In this document: positions 40,497-50,069 of the stretch, one piece after another
How the letters are laid out: each line of letters opens with the position of its first letter
Numbering within the stretch: the stretch's first letter is position 1
Source: Oxalobacteraceae bacterium
GTDB lineage: Bacteria > Pseudomonadota > Gammaproteobacteria > Burkholderiales > Burkholderiaceae_D
Reading direction: 5' to 3'
NCBI GenBank assembly: GCA_043758755.1
Contig: JAYVMW010000059.1
Location: forward strand, 178,960-242,959
DNA length: 64,000 bases
Made by a program: the position numbers and the translations under genes
Notes under the pieces: model-generated
Told to the model about the DNA's origin: nothing
The model's input: the letters and a program-made list of their open reading frames with translations, nothing else
The model's database searches: none

Positions 40497-40934
40497 ATGA
40501 CGCATCAAAGTAACAGTGGTGATATTCCCGGCATCAAGCTGCACGTCGGTCTAGAGTTTCACAGTGTCATTGACTATGACCGAAAGCAGATGCGACGTGC
40601 CCTGATCAAGGGCGCAGCGGTGGTGCGCAAGGAAGCACGCACTTTAGTTTCGCGCCACATGGTGTCGCAGCCAGGCGAATTTCCGGGCGAGCAAACGGGT
40701 GCCATGCGGCGCGCCATTGGTGTGATCGGCAAAGGCTCCAAGGGTGGCTGGATCAAGGTCGGTGTGCGCGCCATTCCAGGTAGTTTTTATTACCCGGCCG
40801 TGCTGTTTTATGGCTCACCGGCGCGCAATATCGCGGCACGCGGCAATTTCATGACGGCGGCGCTGGGCAATCGCGCAGAACAAATTCGTGATCAGGTGCG
40901 TGATGCTCTGCGCCATACCCTGGTGCCCCGCTAA
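40497..40934 (+). CDS. HK97 gp10-like neck protein
   Basis: VRKEAR..SQPGEFPG.QTGAMRRAI..FYYPAVLFYG..ARGNFM..AL. Confidence 0.7.
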   Translation: MTHQSNSGDIPGIKLHVGLEFHSVIDYDRKQMRRALIKGAAVVRKEARTLVSRHMVSQPGEFPGEQTGAMRRAIGVIGKGSKGGWIKVGVRAIPGSFYYPAVLFYGSPARNIAARGNFMTAALGNRAEQIRDQVRDALRHTLVPR

Positions 40935-40948
40935 GGTGAGAGATTTGC

Positions 40949-41210
40949 ATGCAACTGGAACTCATCATTGCGCAACTACGCGCGCTGTGCCCATCGCTTA
41001 ATGGTCGGGTAGCCGGCGCAGCGGAATTCAAACCGGTGTCCGAGGCAGCCGCCTTACCCGTGCCTTGCGCGTTCGTTATTCCACTCGATGACCGACCCGA
41101 GCCGCCGAAGGTACTGAACGCGGTCGGTCAGGAAATGACGGACAGCTTTGGGGTGATCGTCGCATTGGACAACCGCGCTGACGAGAAAGGTCAGAATGGC
41201 GCCGCAAGCT
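40949..41210 (+). pseudogene. Truncated tail terminator/completion protein
   Basis: IIAQLRALCPSLNGRVAGAAEF..PCAFVIPL..FGVIV..N.ADEKGQ; cut at ~41210. Confidence 0.7.
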
Positions 41211-41893
41211 TCAGCGCTGTGAGGTCGAGCGTCGGCGGCTTGATCCGCTGGGCGCTGACGTTGACGCCCAGCAGATGTTCGGCAAAGGCCTGCGCCAGCA
41301 TTTCGTGGTACTTGGCGCCGCCACGAATGATGGTGCGCGTCACGCCCGTGGTTTCGGAATATTCCAGCACCATGTGAATGTTCGGACTGCCGACGCGCCG
41401 CGTCAGGACCGTGCCCTCGAATTCCAGTCGCAGCATGGCCAGGTCCTTCGCGTGCACCGTGACCAGTTGGGTGCCTTGTGCCCGGTCGAGAATGTGTGCC
41501 ACACACACCTCGCCACAGCCAAGTTCGATTTTGTAAAACGCCTTGATCGCTTCGCAGAACGCTTTCATCGAAGTATCGTCGCGACGGATCGGCGGCTTTA
41601 CGCCCAAGTCGTGCTGCTGAGCCTGCTGGACGCGACTTTCGACGTATTCAATTTCAGCAGCCTGTTCGAACAAATCGGGATGGTGGACAAAGAGCCAGAA
41701 CGCGCGATGCTGGTCACTCTTGCATGCGATCAACCCGATGAGAGCATTGGCATGCCATGTACCGATTTGGAACATGGCCTGTTTGCCGCGCGGATGGGCA
41801 AGTTGGGCGCTCACGAGTAGGCCGGCCACGATTTTGTCGCGCACCGCCGGGTCGGTGCATTGCTGGATGGCTTCGATCAACCTGGTGGTCGTA
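41208..41893 (-). pseudogene. Internal fragment of a mobile-element hypothetical protein
   Basis: Long protein-like frame (RAFWLFVHHPDLFEQA..GCGEVC..LEYSETTG..GGAKYH) truncated at both ends. Confidence 0.55.
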
Positions 41894-42097
41894 CCGGTGT
41901 GGACCCAGCTATTCCCGAAAGAGCAGCATCGCATCCTGCGCCTGCTGATTGATCGAGTTCAACTCCATGAGGATGGATTGGACATCATTTGGCGTGACGA
42001 CAGTTGGTAGCGGTTCTGTCGAGAACTGGAAAACATGCCACTGGTGGTAGAGCAGCGCGCACCGGCAGACTCCGATGAATTGAGTGGGGTGTTGTGA
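41894..42097 (+). pseudogene. C-terminal scrap of a large serine recombinase
   Basis: PVWTQLFPKEQHRILRLLIDRVQLHEDGLDIIWRDDSW*RF; internal TAG at 42008-42010. Confidence 0.65.
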
Positions 42098-42588
42098 TGG
42101 CGGATGGCAGGAAAAACGAGCGCACATCAGGTCGCCGCGTGGAGGTGACACCCACCGGAATCCCCAGGCAATTTGAATCTGGCGGGCGGTCCGTGACCTT
42201 TGTCCCGCTGGCGATCAAGCGACGTCATTTCAGCAAGGTGCTGGTTCCGCCGCCAGGTATGAACCACGCAACAATCAAATCCTCAATCGATCTGCCGATG
42301 ATCCGGACAATTGGCAAGGCCTTCTATTGGCAACGATTGCTCGACTCCGGTGAAGTTGCGAATGCCACGGATCTCGCCCGTAAACTGAAACTGGAACCTG
42401 GCTGGGTTGCCGAGGTGCTCCGGCTGACACGGCTGGCCCCGGATATTGTTCAGGCGATCATGGATGGGCGCCAACCCCGCCAATTGAATCTTCACGCCAT
42501 CCGTGGTCGTCAGGCCGAAGTGCCGGTGGATTGGGTCAAGCAGCGCGTCACGTTCGGGTTCACAGGCGCCCGCAAGTTCGTCGCATGA
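42097..42588 (+). CDS. HTH-containing protein of the type that follows prophage serine recombinases
   Basis: VTFVPLAIKRR..GKAFYWQRLLDSG....DLAR......WVAEVLRLTRLAPDIVQAIMDGRQP. Confidence 0.75.
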   Translation: MADGRKNERTSGRRVEVTPTGIPRQFESGGRSVTFVPLAIKRRHFSKVLVPPPGMNHATIKSSIDLPMIRTIGKAFYWQRLLDSGEVANATDLARKLKLEPGWVAEVLRLTRLAPDIVQAIMDGRQPRQLNLHAIRGRQAEVPVDWVKQRVTFGFTGARKFVA

Positions 42589-42831
42589 CGACAATGCAGC
42601 ACTAATTTGCCATGCAAACAATTCTTTCTGGCGCGCGTGTATCCTGTTGATACGAAACGGGTTCTGCGAGTGCCAAATCGATACGGTTCCCCACTGTTTT
42701 TACAGAACACAGAGCAGAAAAGAATCGAACGGGGGCGGAATGAGGCGAGTTAGTGGCTAGTCAGCAACGCGACTGGCACTGGCAGAACTAGGCGGAACGC
42801 CGCGTAGCTTGGCGGAAACCCAGAAATGCGA

Positions 42832-42857
42832 AAGGCCAACTGAGAACAGTCGGCCTT
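42832..42857 (-). terminator. Hairpin just downstream of the duplicated tRNA 3' end
   Basis: AAGGCCAACTG-AGAA-CAGTCGGCCTT. Confidence 0.55.
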
Positions 42858-42862
42858 AAATA

Positions 42863-42908
42863 TTGGTGGCCCGGGGCGGAATCGAACCACCGACACAAGG
42901 ATTTTCAA
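42863..42908 (-). repeat. att site: 46-bp copy of the tRNA-Phe 3' half
   Basis: TTGGTGGCCCGGGGCGGAATCGAACCACCGACACAAGGATTTTCAA, identical to 52691-52736. Confidence 0.95.
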
Positions 42909-43545
42909 GCTCAACGTCGCTCAACATCGATCAATACCTGTCTTCTATAGATCATTGTCTGGCATTTTATGGCCAACTGACCCAAGGTCTACAGATTTGC
43001 ATAGATTGTTGAGGATGGCACCAATCGCTAAGTTTGACAGGCACGTTTTTGCGCCGTTCGATCGGCATGCACAGATTATTGCCAATAGACACTTTCTGGC
43101 GATCCGTTTTTCAGTTACCCGCAATAGGCCGGACAGCGGCCAGCGCTTTCTTGCGGGCAAAAAACTTCGGAGCGGGATTCATCGTTGACGCAGCCCTTTT
43201 CTTCGCCGGGCAAATGCCGCAAATTTTTCAATGGCCGGACCGGCGCAAGACCGGCGAACCCAAATTGGCATAGCCGCATAACTGACTCGGCATAGCATTC
43301 ATGCCAGTAGCCAATCCACATCGTTGCCCCCTCCGTTCGCTGAGTACGTCGCCTCTGCGATGGCGCATTTTCACATATGACTAATTCGATATGGCTGCGA
43401 AGTGCTGTGCGCACATGCGTTGAAATGCCGCTTAGAAACTAACATCGCACTAAACGGCAACGTGCTGTGATGCCGCGCTGCTCAAGCTCTCGCTTTCTGG
43501 TCGTGGCTCTTGAGTTTCCATACTAATTTTCGTATGGAGAAAACG

Positions 43546-43953
43546 ATGGTCACAAAACTCTGCGCATGCTGCAACGAAGCGTTCATTTCGCGCCCCCAAG
43601 TCCCTAACCAAGCTTTCTGTTCCTCGTCGGCCTGTCAGCGGGAGCGCCGCCTGCGATGGCAGCGCGACAAGATGTTGAACGATCAGGATTACCGAATCAA
43701 CCAGTCACGCAGCCAACGCGCCTGGCTAGATCGTAACCCCGATTACTGGCGCAAGTACAGGGGGAATAGCGACGACAGACCACAGGCTCCGGTGAGCACA
43801 GCCCGGCCAGACCAGCCCTTGCTTTCCGGGCTTTACCAAATCAAGTTTCTCCAGAATACCGACCCTGCTAAGAGTGACGCGTGGATTGTCGAGATAGCGC
43901 CTGCGTGTGGTGACTGTCCGTGCAAAAAAGACGCGTGCAAAGATAGGACGTGA
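43546..43953 (+). CDS. Cys-rich Zn-ribbon hypothetical protein upstream of the recombinase
   Basis: CACC..F..RPQVPNQAFCSSSACQRERR..WQR.K..D.DYR.NQ...W..RNPDYWRKYR; GGAG RBS. Confidence 0.8.
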   Translation: MVTKLCACCNEAFISRPQVPNQAFCSSSACQRERRLRWQRDKMLNDQDYRINQSRSQRAWLDRNPDYWRKYRGNSDDRPQAPVSTARPDQPLLSGLYQIKFLQNTDPAKSDAWIVEIAPACGDCPCKKDACKDRT

Positions 43954-44123
43954 TGGTCATTTCAACTCGCGGGCATTACCGTTGCGTTCAAACAAGCTCT
44001 CGGCAATATTGCATGGCAAGCGCCTCAACGTTATGTGGGCGCTGGCGACCGCCAGCACCCGCATGCTGTTGTTGAAATGCGGGCATGAAAGCTTCACTTT
44101 CAAACATTGAATGATCGGTCCCT

Positions 44124-45689
44124 ATGCAGTCAGAAGAGTCGAAAAGTGAGGTGCCAGACCCGCCAGCCATTTTCCGGGCCGCTGAATACGTTCGGATGTC
44201 GACCGAGCACCAACAGTATTCCACAGAAAATCAGGGGGATAGTATCCGTGAATATGCCGCTAAACGCGGCATCGAAATTGTGCGCACCTATGCGGACGAG
44301 GGGAAAAGTGGTCTGAACATCGGCGGCCGATTGGCCCTTCAGCAACTGATCAAAGACGTGGAGGCCGGTCCAGTCGACTATCAGATGGTCCTGGTGTATG
44401 ACGTTAGTCGCTGGGGACGATTTCAGGACGCGGACGAAAGTGCCTACTACGAGTATATCTGTCGCCGCGCCGGAATCCAGGTTACTTACGTTGCTGAGCA
44501 GTTTGAGAATGACGGTTCCCCCGTCTCCACCATCGTCAAGGGCGTCAAGCGTGCCATGGCGGGCGAGTACAGCAGAGAGCTGTCAGCCAAGGTGTTTGCA
44601 GGCCAGTGTCGGCTGATTGAACTGGGTTACCGGCAGGGTGGCCCGGCTGGCTTTGGGCTGCGCCGGGTATTGATCGATCAGACGGGCTCCATTAAAGGCG
44701 AACTGTCCCGTGGCGAGCACAAAAGCCTGCAAACGGACAGGGTGATCCTGATGCCTGGTCCGGAGTCAGAAGTACAGACCGTCAATCAAGTCTACAAGTG
44801 GTTTATCGATGAAGGCATTCCCGAATCCGAAATCGCAGCCCGGCTCAATGGCCAAGGGATACACACTGACCTGGAGCGCGACTGGACACGTGCAACCGTG
44901 CGCGAGGTGTTGAGCAACGAAAAGTACGTCGGCAACAACGTCTACAACCGAATATCGTTCAAGCTCAAGAAGCACCGTATCATCAATCAGCCTGACATGT
45001 GGATCAAGAAGGAAGGCGCGTTCGAGGCCATCGTGCCGCCGGAGATGTTCTTCATGGCCCAGGGCATCATCCGCGCCAGGGCTCATCGCTTTAGCAGCGA
45101 GGAGTTAATCGAAAAACTCCGCAACTTATACCAGCATCGGGGATTTCTATCTGGTCTGATCATCGATGAGGCTGAAGGCATGCCATCGGCCGCAGCGTAC
45201 ATTCACCGTTTTGGCAGTCTGATCCGAGCCTATGAAGCTGTCGGCTTTACCCCCGATCGTGATTACCATTTTCTGGAAGTAAATAAATTCCTCCGTAAGC
45301 TGCATCCGGAAATCATTGGACATACTGAACGCGCCATTGCCAGCCTTGGCGGCACCATCGCGCGCGATCCGGCAACCGATCTGCTTACCGTAAACCGAGA
45401 GTTCACCGTGTCGCTAGTGCTGGCGCGTTGTCAGACCCACGACAACGGGCGTCACCGTTGGAGGGTTCGCTTTGACACTAGCTTGGCACCTGACATCACG
45501 GTCGCCGTGCGACTGGACGAGCCCAATCAAACGCCACTGGATTACTACCTGTTACCACGCTTAGATTTTGGCCAGGCGGACGTGCGCCTGGCAGAGCATA
45601 ACGGCATCGAGTTCGAGAGTTTCCGTTTCGACAGCCTCGACTATCTCTATGGGATGGCAGAACGTACACGTGTTAGGAGGGCAGCATGA
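44124..45689 (+). CDS. Large serine recombinase
   Basis: YVRMSTEHQ (catalytic Ser), YADEGKSG, VYDVSRWGR, AGEYSRELS, IAARLN, L.NEKYVG. Confidence 0.93.
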   Translation: MQSEESKSEVPDPPAIFRAAEYVRMSTEHQQYSTENQGDSIREYAAKRGIEIVRTYADEGKSGLNIGGRLALQQLIKDVEAGPVDYQMVLVYDVSRWGRFQDADESAYYEYICRRAGIQVTYVAEQFENDGSPVSTIVKGVKRAMAGEYSRELSAKVFAGQCRLIELGYRQGGPAGFGLRRVLIDQTGSIKGELSRGEHKSLQTDRVILMPGPESEVQTVNQVYKWFIDEGIPESEIAARLNGQGIHTDLERDWTRATVREVLSNEKYVGNNVYNRISFKLKKHRIINQPDMWIKKEGAFEAIVPPEMFFMAQGIIRARAHRFSSEELIEKLRNLYQHRGFLSGLIIDEAEGMPSAAAYIHRFGSLIRAYEAVGFTPDRDYHFLEVNKFLRKLHPEIIGHTERAIASLGGTIARDPATDLLTVNREFTVSLVLARCQTHDNGRHRWRVRFDTSLAPDITVAVRLDEPNQTPLDYYLLPRLDFGQADVRLAEHNGIEFESFRFDSLDYLYGMAERTRVRRAA

Positions 45690-46588
45690 GTAAAGAGCAT
45701 CCATCCAGCAATCTTCAGATGATTCCTATCGACAAAATCGAAGTGATCAATCCGCGTGACCGCAATGGGAAAATCTTCGATGACATCGTCGGCAATATCA
45801 AGAACCTTGGACTGAAAAAGCCAATCACAGTCACCCCCCGAAAGGATGCCGACGGCCACGAAAAATTCCTGTTGATCTGTGGTGAAGGCAGGCTCAAAGC
45901 GTTCAAATCGCTGGGTGAAACCACGATCCCGGCCATGGTCGTCGACGTCAGCGATGAAGACGCATTTATCATGAGTCTTGCTGAAAACATCGCGCGCCGC
46001 CAGGGGCGCACCTTGGAATTATTGGCAGGCATCGAGCAGCTGCGTGCCAAGGGATATGAAAAGAGCGCCATTGCGAAGAAAACCGGGCTCAGTTATGACT
46101 ACGTCAATTGTATCTTGCAGCTACTCCAGAATGGCGAAGAGCGATTGCTGATTGCAGTGGAAGGCGGGCGCATTCCTCTCAACGTTGCCGTGACCATTGC
46201 CGGCGCTGGCAGCAACGACAAGGACGTGCAGGCTGCGCTGCAGGAAGCTTATGAGAATGGGCAATTGCGTGGTAACCACCTTATTCAGGCGCGTAAGGTC
46301 ATCGAGAAGCGCCGCTCTCTGGGACGGAGCGTCGCGCGAGGAGCGCCACGAAAAATGCCGGATGTGACTTCGTCCAGCCTGATCCGGACGTATCAGAAGG
46401 AGGTCGAGCGGCAAAAGTTGATGGTCAAGAAGGCAGAGTTTGCGCAGCAGCGATTGCTCTTTGTAGCAGAGGCCATGCGCCAGCTAATGGCGGATGAAAA
46501 TTTCACCAATCTGCTTCGCGCAGAAGGCCTTGATAGCTTGCCGAAATATATCGCCGAGCGCGTTTGGCCGGGAGGTCATGCTATATGA
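45686..46588 (+). CDS. ParB/RepB-family protein
   Basis: GLKKPITV, LICGEGRLKA, SLAENIAR; HTH region; coupled to the recombinase. Confidence 0.88.
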   Translation: MSKEHPSSNLQMIPIDKIEVINPRDRNGKIFDDIVGNIKNLGLKKPITVTPRKDADGHEKFLLICGEGRLKAFKSLGETTIPAMVVDVSDEDAFIMSLAENIARRQGRTLELLAGIEQLRAKGYEKSAIAKKTGLSYDYVNCILQLLQNGEERLLIAVEGGRIPLNVAVTIAGAGSNDKDVQAALQEAYENGQLRGNHLIQARKVIEKRRSLGRSVARGAPRKMPDVTSSSLIRTYQKEVERQKLMVKKAEFAQQRLLFVAEAMRQLMADENFTNLLRAEGLDSLPKYIAERVWPGGHAI

Positions 46589-47466
46589 CTAACGAGTATC
46601 TGGGGTTCATTCCGGAGCCCATCATCATTTCTTTTGACAGATTGCTGCCATCACACAAGGTGCCAGACGGTCTCATGAATTCCCGGAAATTCAAGCAGAT
46701 CATCGCGTCCATCGATGCCATTGGTTTGATCGAACCTTTGACGGTTGCGAAAGCCGACAAGATCAGCGGTATGCACCTACTGCTGGATGGACACAACCGC
46801 ATGATTGCGCTGCAGGAACTGGGATTCAAGGACGCGCCTTGTTTGATCGCAAAGGATGACGAAAGCTACACCTATAACAATCGGATCAACCGGCTCTCGA
46901 CTATCCAAGAGCATTTCATGATCCGCCGTGCGGTAGAGCGAGGTGTCACGCCCTCCCGTTTAGCGAATTCGCTCGAATTGGATATTGAGCTTATCACCAA
47001 AAAAATCAATCTCCTGAACGGGATCTGTTCAGAGGCCGTTCAGCTGTTGAGGGACAAACATTTTTCAGCCAGCTTGAGCCCGGTCCTGCGGAAAATGAAG
47101 CCTACTCGTCAGGTCGAGTGCGTCGAGCTGATGGTGGCGACCAACAATATCACCGTATCTTACGCTCAGGCACTCCTTGCGGCGACACCCAGCAACATGC
47201 TGGTGAACGAAAACGGGCAGAAGAAAGTGAAAGGCATTACCGCTGATCAAATGGCCAAGATGGAGCGCGAAATGGCAAACCTTGAGGGGCAGTTCAAACT
47301 GGTTGAGCAATCCTATGGACAAGACGTCCTTAATCTCGTCCTCGCCAGGGGCTACTTGGCGAAGTTGCTGGACAACGAGGCCGTGATTCGATTTTTGTCG
47401 CAAAACAATCCAGACATTTTGCGCGAGTTTTCTGCCATCGTACAAACGGCGTCGCTGGACAAATAG
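46585..47466 (+). CDS. Second ParB-like protein with RepB C-terminal domain
   Basis: GLIEPL, LLDGHNR, YTYN.RINRL, KMKPTRQVE, YGQDVL.LV. Confidence 0.85.
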   Translation: MTNEYLGFIPEPIIISFDRLLPSHKVPDGLMNSRKFKQIIASIDAIGLIEPLTVAKADKISGMHLLLDGHNRMIALQELGFKDAPCLIAKDDESYTYNNRINRLSTIQEHFMIRRAVERGVTPSRLANSLELDIELITKKINLLNGICSEAVQLLRDKHFSASLSPVLRKMKPTRQVECVELMVATNNITVSYAQALLAATPSNMLVNENGQKKVKGITADQMAKMEREMANLEGQFKLVEQSYGQDVLNLVLARGYLAKLLDNEAVIRFLSQNNPDILREFSAIVQTASLDK

Positions 47467-48842
47467 TGAATGCAGGGCGAACCACCTCCAACTGCGACGA
47501 GCCTGCTGGCCGGATCGACAGCACCACCGAGCCATCGACAGCTGATGCCTCGACAGAAGTGGGCAGTCACCGGAATGCGCCACGCCCAAGCCGTACCTGC
47601 TTGTATGGCTTAGTAGGCGAGGTCGCGTGTGCTGGTAGTGATGGAGCAGAAACCAATCCCTATGCTATCGCCGCGAACTTCATGGCCTATCTCTCGTGCG
47701 CGATTGGGCGTGGCGTGTATCTCCCCATTGGCAATACATGGCACCATGCGCGCTTGTTTTGCCTGCACATTGGGCGTTCCGGTCGTGGCCGAAAAGGTGA
47801 TGCGCTACAGCTGGTCTTGCGCCTTGATCAGGCTCTGCGCGAAATCGACGATCGCTTTGCGCCGCATGTTCACCGTGGCGGACTATCCAGCCGTGAAGGG
47901 CTCGTGGCCCTGATGCACGACGGATATCGACAAGGTAAGCAGGATGTCGCAGCCATTACTGACAAACGGCTGTGGGTGGTCGAATCTGAGTTCGCCAACG
48001 TGTTACACCAAGGACGGCGTGAAGGCAACACGCTGTCCGCAGCGCTGCGCGATTGCTGGGACGGTGTGAGCCTCCAGCCAGCGACGAAATCGAATCGGCT
48101 ATACGCCAGCAACCCTCATTTATGTCTGAGCGGCGCAATTTCGCCGGGCGAACTGACGGACATGATGAGCACGCGCGACTTGACCAACGGCTTTGCCAAC
48201 CGGTTCCTCATGATCTGGGCCGAACGATCACAAATTTTGCCGTTCCCGAAGGCGACGCCTCAGTCGATCGTGGACAACCTTGCGTGCAAAGTTTCGGAGA
48301 TTTTGCAATTTGTCGGTGCAGATCGCCATGATCAGCGTGACAACTTGCGAATGGAGCTCACGGCGAGGGCGCAGTGGCGCTATGCCCAGCTTTACCGGTC
48401 TGAACTCAACGAGGACCTAGGGGGAGATGTCGTTAGCGCGATGTTGGAACGACGCGCCCCTACGCTGCTGCGTCTGGCAATGCTGTTTGCATTGACCGAC
48501 CTGCAAACGCTGGTCGATGTTCCGCATATCGAGGCCGCGATGGCCTGGATACGGTACGCTACCGCGTCCGTCCACTACGTCTTTGTGAGTGCGGCTGAGG
48601 AAGCCCAAATGGTACAGGCCCTTGATCTATCGAATAGAGTCCTGCTGTTCTTGCGGGAACGCGGCAAGGCCACGCGGACCGAAATCACGACAGAGTGCTT
48701 TCAAAAGCATGTCTCCAAGGCGAAGATCGACGCCAGTCTGGATCTATTGTTGGCGGCAACGCCACCGAAAATATGCGTTCAATTAGTCGCCCGCCCTGCG
48801 GATGCACCCGGGACGTCGACCCGGATATACAGGCTTGCGTGA
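47466..48842 (+). CDS. DUF3987/YfjI-like P-loop protein (primase-helicase associated)
   Basis: HIGRSGRGRKG Walker A-like; GGLSSREGL, VVESEFANVL, LRDCWDG, NGFANRFL. Confidence 0.8.
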   Translation: MNAGRTTSNCDEPAGRIDSTTEPSTADASTEVGSHRNAPRPSRTCLYGLVGEVACAGSDGAETNPYAIAANFMAYLSCAIGRGVYLPIGNTWHHARLFCLHIGRSGRGRKGDALQLVLRLDQALREIDDRFAPHVHRGGLSSREGLVALMHDGYRQGKQDVAAITDKRLWVVESEFANVLHQGRREGNTLSAALRDCWDGVSLQPATKSNRLYASNPHLCLSGAISPGELTDMMSTRDLTNGFANRFLMIWAERSQILPFPKATPQSIVDNLACKVSEILQFVGADRHDQRDNLRMELTARAQWRYAQLYRSELNEDLGGDVVSAMLERRAPTLLRLAMLFALTDLQTLVDVPHIEAAMAWIRYATASVHYVFVSAAEEAQMVQALDLSNRVLLFLRERGKATRTEITTECFQKHVSKAKIDASLDLLLAATPPKICVQLVARPADAPGTSTRIYRLA

Positions 48843-49111
48843 AGGATAATTATCGTGGGTTGACTTTATTTCGCGCAGTTCGCGGAGATAAAGATCTGGA
48901 TAAGTGCTTGTCCCAAAACACGGTCCGCTCATTTCGCTCATTTCCGCGCCTGCGTCCATGTTCGGCACGAGATGAGAATCAATGTCCGGATGCATAAAAT
49001 GCTTACTCGCTGCCGTTCTACAGGTGACGCCGCGTTATCGTCGCTGCAAATTGTCCACAGAAGCAGATGCGGGCTGTTGGGATAACACCGGCTCCATGAC
49101 GTAAAAGGTAA

Positions 49112-49142
49112 CCCCCAATGCGAAGGCATTCGCATTGAGGGG
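49112..49142 (-). terminator. Hairpin after paralogue 1
   Basis: CCCCCAATGCGAA-GGCA-TTCGCATTGAGGGG. Confidence 0.55.
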
Positions 49143-49148
49143 AGACTG

Positions 49149-50069
49149 CTAGGATGCGTTGTCAGACGCGCTCGTCGCCTTCGGCGCATTGGTACGCCAC
49201 TGCTTGAAGACATGCTTGCGATGGTAGGCCATGTATTCCTTCTGTTGCGCAGTCAGCTCCGGCAAGCAAAAAGCAGGGTCAACCCAAGAATCGAAGGCAT
49301 CCCTGTCCATCGCCGGGTCCTGAAGCTGATTGCCGTTGTCCTCAAAAGTTACCATGCCCATGGCAAAGTGTTCGGCCAGCTGACCATCCATCAAAACGTA
49401 GTTGTTCGGGTCGGTACGCTCGAAGTCGGTGCAGGTCTCCCATGGAACGATACGCGTCGCAACGAGGACAAGTTCATGGTCAGACACAATGCGATGTTTG
49501 TCGCGCTCAAGTACGATTTCTTTAGTTGGGCCGTTACCATCTAAGGCCCAAAGGAGTTTGATTTTTTCGTGGCCGATCTTGTCTTTGCGGCTCAGGAGGC
49601 GAGCCACCAAAAGAAAGCGTTCGGTTTGTCGGGAAGTCGCGTAGCGGGAACATTGCGAGAAGAGCGAATCGAAGCATGGCATGCTATTCGTCGCAACCGG
49701 TAACACTTCCTCGAAACCAGGATATGAACAGCCATGCTTCGCTGCGGTCGCCTTGATCATCTCAACCTCGCGGGATGACAACGCCACAGGCACGGGTGTC
49801 GCATGCAAGTTCATGCGGACCCAGCGATCTGGGATGTGGCCATTTTGGATGCGGCCGCTTTTATGTTTCGCGTTGTGCTGGGGTTCGCTGATGCGGCCTG
49901 CGGCAACCACGTGATTGTCGCGCAGGGCGAACACAAAGTCGCCGGTTTTGACCTCGGTCGCACCGTTGGCCAGGCCTGCGGTCAATTGGCCGTCCCACAT
50001 GAGGGTATTGCTCAAGGTGTCCATGTTCACAAACACAATGTTGTAGGGGATGATTTTCGCCATGCTCAT
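49149..50069 (-). CDS. EVE/PUA-like + degenerate HNH protein, paralogue 1
   Basis: VKTGDFVFAL..HVVAAG; LVATRIVPW..TDFERTDPNNYVLM..LAEHFAMGMVTFEDNG; YMAYHRKHVF. Confidence 0.75.
   Translation of the reverse strand: MSMAKIIPYNIVFVNMDTLSNTLMWDGQLTAGLANGATEVKTGDFVFALRDNHVVAAGRISEPQHNAKHKSGRIQNGHIPDRWVRMNLHATPVPVALSSREVEMIKATAAKHGCSYPGFEEVLPVATNSMPCFDSLFSQCSRYATSRQTERFLLVARLLSRKDKIGHEKIKLLWALDGNGPTKEIVLERDKHRIVSDHELVLVATRIVPWETCTDFERTDPNNYVLMDGQLAEHFAMGMVTFEDNGNQLQDPAMDRDAFDSWVDPAFCLPELTAQQKEYMAYHRKHVFKQWRTNAPKATSASDNAS

Larger units (their letters stand above)
28714..42862. mobile_element. Older degraded island/prophage remnant (left boundary approximate)
   Basis: Integrase scrap, TA/defence genes, scrambled phage genes and a recombinase scrap ending at the att copy; no third att copy found. 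Confidence 0.75.

Noticed and set aside
34168-41897. Shufflon or programmed invertible tail-fibre system
   Set aside because: No conserved inverted crossover repeats or invertase; the junctions destroy essential genes
21354-42010. Three in-frame TAG codons (hicA, NYN, recombinase scrap) suggesting amber recoding
   Set aside because: Intact genes end in TAG (3220, 10440, 47466, 54062), and single-base nonsense changes explain each case
42863-42908. Second tRNA-Phe gene
   Set aside because: Only the 3' half is present, with no D arm or 5' acceptor strand; it is an att repeat
42945-43414. Short ORFs just inside the att
   Set aside because: Overlapping frames on both strands, with no recognisable motifs or clear RBS
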